Assembly (NCBI RefSeq): GCF_036321535.1
Contig: NC_087447.1
Location: forward strand, 33,978,001 to 34,042,000
Source: Camelus dromedarius
Lineage: Eukaryota
DNA: 64,000 nucleotides
Reading direction: 5' to 3'
Shown here: positions 59,832 to 64,000 of the stretch, one piece after another
Position numbering within the stretch: position 1 is the stretch's first letter
Layout: the number at the start of each line of letters is the position of its first letter
Notes under the pieces: model-generated
Database searches by the model: none
The model's input: the letters and a program-made list of their open reading frames with translations, nothing else
Told to the model about the DNA's origin: nothing
Program-made: the position numbers and the translations under genes

Positions 59832-62800
59832 CCTGAGGGGCGGGGAGGACCGCTCACAGGTTAACTCTGCCCCATTGTATCCCCCCTCGCATCTCCCTGG
59901 GGCACCGCAGCAGAAACAGTAGCTGGGCAGGAGGGCTCCCCCAAAGTGAGGGGGGCCGGGGGCGCCTACCAGCCAGCCTGCTGCCTCCCCAGACTGTAAA
60001 GGATGAATGTGGCCTGCACCTTCCTGCTGCTCTATCTTGAGTCCCCCAGTTACCTGTGACCCTGGGGAGTAAGGACGAAGCCTGTAGGCCCTCTTACTGG
60101 CAAAGCCATCCATACGGGGCCCTGGGTCTGTGGTGTCACAGCAATCTGCCAGCCAGAGACTACAAGCCTACTTACCCCTCCCACAGGGGGAGCCCACAGG
60201 GGAGGGGGGAACCTGCTGCAGGGGGAACCTGTCATTCTCTCTCCTGGAGTTCCCGTGGGGGCCGTAAAAGAAGAAACCCCAACCCCGCAACACACACATT
60301 CTTGGGAATGCTGGAAATGTTCCTGCCTCTGTCCACACTCCACCATCTGTACCTCCTGGGGTGGAGCAATGATTTGGGAGCCAGGTAGGTGAGTGAAAAT
60401 CAGTAAGGACCCTGTTTTGTCCTTAAGTCCTCTCTGTGTGTCCTAATCCAATTTTATTAGTGATAAACCCATTGTTTTTAAAAATCAGCACCTGACTCTG
60501 GCGTCTACTTCTCTGTTAGTTCAGAATGCAGAGGGGTATGATTCGTTGGGCCCCACAGTCCCTATACCCATCAGCTGGGACAAGAGGGTTGCTGTTTCCT
60601 GTCTGACCTCCCTGTACACGCTGCTCCCTGCTGCTCTCACTCCTGATCCTGCCCAAGAAGGCCCTCCCTCCAGGCCGGCTTCCAATCACAGCAACTAATT
60701 TTTAGGTACACTGTAGCCAAACCAGTTAATCCTTGCAGTAACTCCACAAAGTAGGTTTGTATTCCTTTTGAGGCTCTGAGAGGTTAGGTATCTTACCTAA
60801 AGTCACACTGTAGGACAGTCTCCTCATCTAAGAAGCACCTTCAGGAGAAGGTTGGAAGATGTCCTCAGATGTTCTTACTCTTCCCTCTCTGATAATTTTG
60901 AGCCATCCCTTTTGGTCTGTCTGCCTGTCCATCAATTCATCCCTATACCACCACCTATTAAATATTTATTGATTTCCTATTATGTGTCAGACACCGTTCT
61001 AAGAACCTGAGATATAGCTGTGAACGTAACCAAGTCCCTCACCTGATGTTGCTTACATTCTGGTAATAAGAAATAGCATTTATTGAACACTTACTATATG
61101 CCAGAGACAGTTCCAAGACTTTTACATTCATTATTCATTTAATCCTCATAACAACCCTTTGAGAAGGTACTAATCTAATGTGCCCGTGGTGACAGCTGAT
61201 AAGTGGCAGAACTGGGACTGGATCCAAGGTAGTCTGGCTCCAGAGCCTATGATCATAACCAGCCCATTCTCCTGCTCTTTGACTAGAGCTACATTCTCCT
61301 GGAGGCCTTCCAGAAATAACCTGGCTTCTGAGTCTGATCCAAAAGAGACAAGTTCTTGGTGATAAGGTCACAGCTATCTGCCATGTGGGAGGCGAGTGGA
61401 GGTCTGTTAACTGGCTGAACCATCCACCGAGGGCCAGCTCTACTTCTAAACACTTCCGTCAACAGGCCTAAGGCTCCTTCCCCAGGCCTCTGTCACTGTC
61501 TGTCTCTGTGCCCACCTGTTTCTGGGGTTGGGCCCCTGTTCTCAGCAGCAGCCTGGAGGAATCATGTGTTTTTTGTCCTGACTCCAGGTTCTGCTGCTCT
61601 TCTGCACATCTGGGAACTCTGAGTGAAGCTCCGACCTCCCTCCACTCCAGAGTTCCTCTGGGAACTCAACTGCGGCTCCCTACCAATCAAGAAAGCAAGT
61701 CTGATGCCAGATGTGGCCTCTCCAATTTTCTTCTGTTCCAAGGGCTGGCCATGACTTCTCCATGGCACTTGTTAAGCATCAGGTCGTCTTGTCTTTCCTT
61801 CATGATTAAAATTATAGGCAAATTTCAGCCCAAATGAGCATTCTTGAACATCTAAGAATTACAGAGATTTCAGGTGGGGAAGAGCCTATTATCATCCAGT
61901 AAGAGCCTTTAAAACACTCAGGTGTTAAATAGACTCTTTGGTCTGGGCTGGTGGCAACTAAAGAGACTCCAAAGATCTCATTTTAAACAACAAATACAAA
62001 CTTGTTCACCTTACAAAGGCGCCTGGGCATTTGTTTCAGAATTTCATCATTACCAAGTAGCTGGGACTAGAAAAAGGACCACACATCAGTGCTTGGCTGT
62101 AACAGCACCTAGCTGGATTTGCAGTCTCCCTCGGATGGAGCATACCACTCCATCATGAAAACATTCAAAGGTGAGACTATTTTTTAAAGAGTCTGCAAAA
62201 GCAACCTCTATTCTCAGAGAAGGCATATGTAAAGAACAGCACAGGGGAACTTTTGAATCAGTGACCAGTGCAATGTCAGAGGTTGTCGGGACCTCAGAGA
62301 ACACCTGGCCTAGCTCCCTGAGGCCAGGAGCAAATGGAGACACCCAGGATAAAGAGGTCATGTGTTCCAAGTCACGCAGTAAGGAAAAAACTATGATTCG
62401 GCCTCAGGTCTCTTGCTATCCAGATAAACACGGAATTAAACATTCTTACTAGATCTTTGGTAATTTGTGAATTTACATCAAGTCAGAAAGGACAATTTCA
62501 AATTTCATGAAAATACCAGCCTCATGTCCATATACCCAGAACAAGGGCTACTGAAAGAGAGGCCTGTGGCTGCAAGAACTTCCACGGTGGGCATGTAGGG
62601 GAAGCAGCCAGGAACTGCAAGTGATGGTTTCCCGTATCTGAATTCTCACAGGTGGAGAAGCTCATGCTCTTTCCCTCCAAGGCTGGCTGATGCTGGCCAG
62701 CCCCCATTTTTCAGTCTTCTGAGAAGGGCCCAACCCCCTATCTATTGATGGGAAACCCTGGGAACTCCCTGGGAAAACACGGGCCCGGGCACTGAAACGT

Positions 62801-64000
62801 CTGCTGTGGCTGCGCTGCACCAGCCCTGTGAAATGAGAGTTCCATGTCCCCCTGTGCCTTCCGGCTTCCTCTTTCGTCAGCAGGCCCCTATCTCCACCTA
62901 AACTACATCCTCCGGGCTCAGCCCAGAGTCTGGCATGTACTTGCTGTCAGTAAATACTGTTGACAAAGTGAATCTAGGTTGGAAAGAACCACCTCTAGTA
63001 CCCACATCACCGAGCTTCACTCTAGAGGGAAGGACACAGTGGACGCAACAGCTGAAGTTAGAAGGCCGTCTCTATGCGCCCGGAGATAATGGCTTAAATA
63101 ACCCCTTCCCAAGGTTACTCTATATGAAGCTTTTACAATGAAAGCCAGGACTCTGAAGAAACTTCAGACAAGATGACTAGCAGAGGAAAGAGATATTTTG
63201 GAGCTGGAGGGGCCAGGTGGGTAAAAGCAGAAGAGAGCGTTTCTAGGTCCTTCAAATCAGACCATGTCAGCAATCACTCCAGTCTGTTTGCTTGTTATAG
63301 GTTTAAGAAAGAAGAGTCAGGCCCTGGTCTCTTCAACTTGATTCTGGGATGGCCTGTAACTTACAAGGGGCTATCTACAACGTGTCCCACTACATAGCTG
63401 GCATAACCAAACACTGAATTATTACAACTTTTGTTCTCCATGGAATTAACGGCTGAAGAATTCCCAATTCCCAATGAACAAAATGGTTTTTTTCCTGTAG
63501 GAATTCCAGAATTACAGTTTTTAAGATAGCTATGTACATAGCTATAAAAAGCATCACTGGACAAATCCAGCACCATATTTGACTGCATTTGGCTTTTGTT
63601 CAGTAGACCTCGCACCGATGACAGCTACACTTAAGACAGCTTCCTCTGTGCTGGCTGCACTCCACTCACTGCTTTACGTGCATTTTCTTATTTCATTCAA
63701 ACCTACTTTGTGAACACCTACTATGTGCCAGGCCCTGTTCTAGGCATGAGGAATAAACACAGAAAAAAGTCCTTGTCCTCAAGGAATTTGCATTGCAATG
63801 AATAGGAATCTTCATAAATTTAATTCTCATTACAAACTCCACAAGGGAGTATTCTTTCTATGTCATGGATAAAGAAACTGAGGCAGACAGAAGGTTGAAA
63901 AGTGAAAGCCTTTCTTGTCAAGTCTACCCGCAGGTGGCTAAAGCTTCTTGCACATTCTTACTAGTTACCACCCAAAGCATGACGCCACTTTAACAAAGCG

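Noticed and set aside
59134..64000. Search for the next upstream NAV2 exon
   Set aside because: No matching coding sequence found; it presumably lies beyond the window.

Overview
Mammalian genomic DNA, probably camelid (two tRNA-derived SINEs resemble the camelid family). The minus strand carries the 3' part of NAV2 (neuron navigator 2, an UNC-53 homologue). I mapped 19 coding exons by hand between 59133 and 19413. All have GT-AG boundaries and matching phases, and they sum to 2415 nt (804 aa plus stop). They encode coiled coils, a 24-nt and a 9-nt microexon, the C-terminal AAA+ domain and a terminal ...ESTL*. A ~3.3 kb 3'UTR ends at tandem AATAAA signals near 16,076-16,124; upstream exons lie beyond 64000. 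Bases 1-16,000 are intergenic and repeat-rich (L1, LTR, MIR, L2) and contain one strong CTCF motif. I found no new gene or novel multi-gene system. The best leads are splicing-regulatory: the VNE microexon with candidate SRRM4/NOVA/QKI motifs, an in-frame stop-free intron inside the AAA+ domain, a cryptic exonic donor, and sense-oriented retroelement poly(A) signals. Other leads are a degenerate Walker B, 3'UTR motifs and a nested L1 insertion. Gene and repeat names come from recognition, not from database searches.
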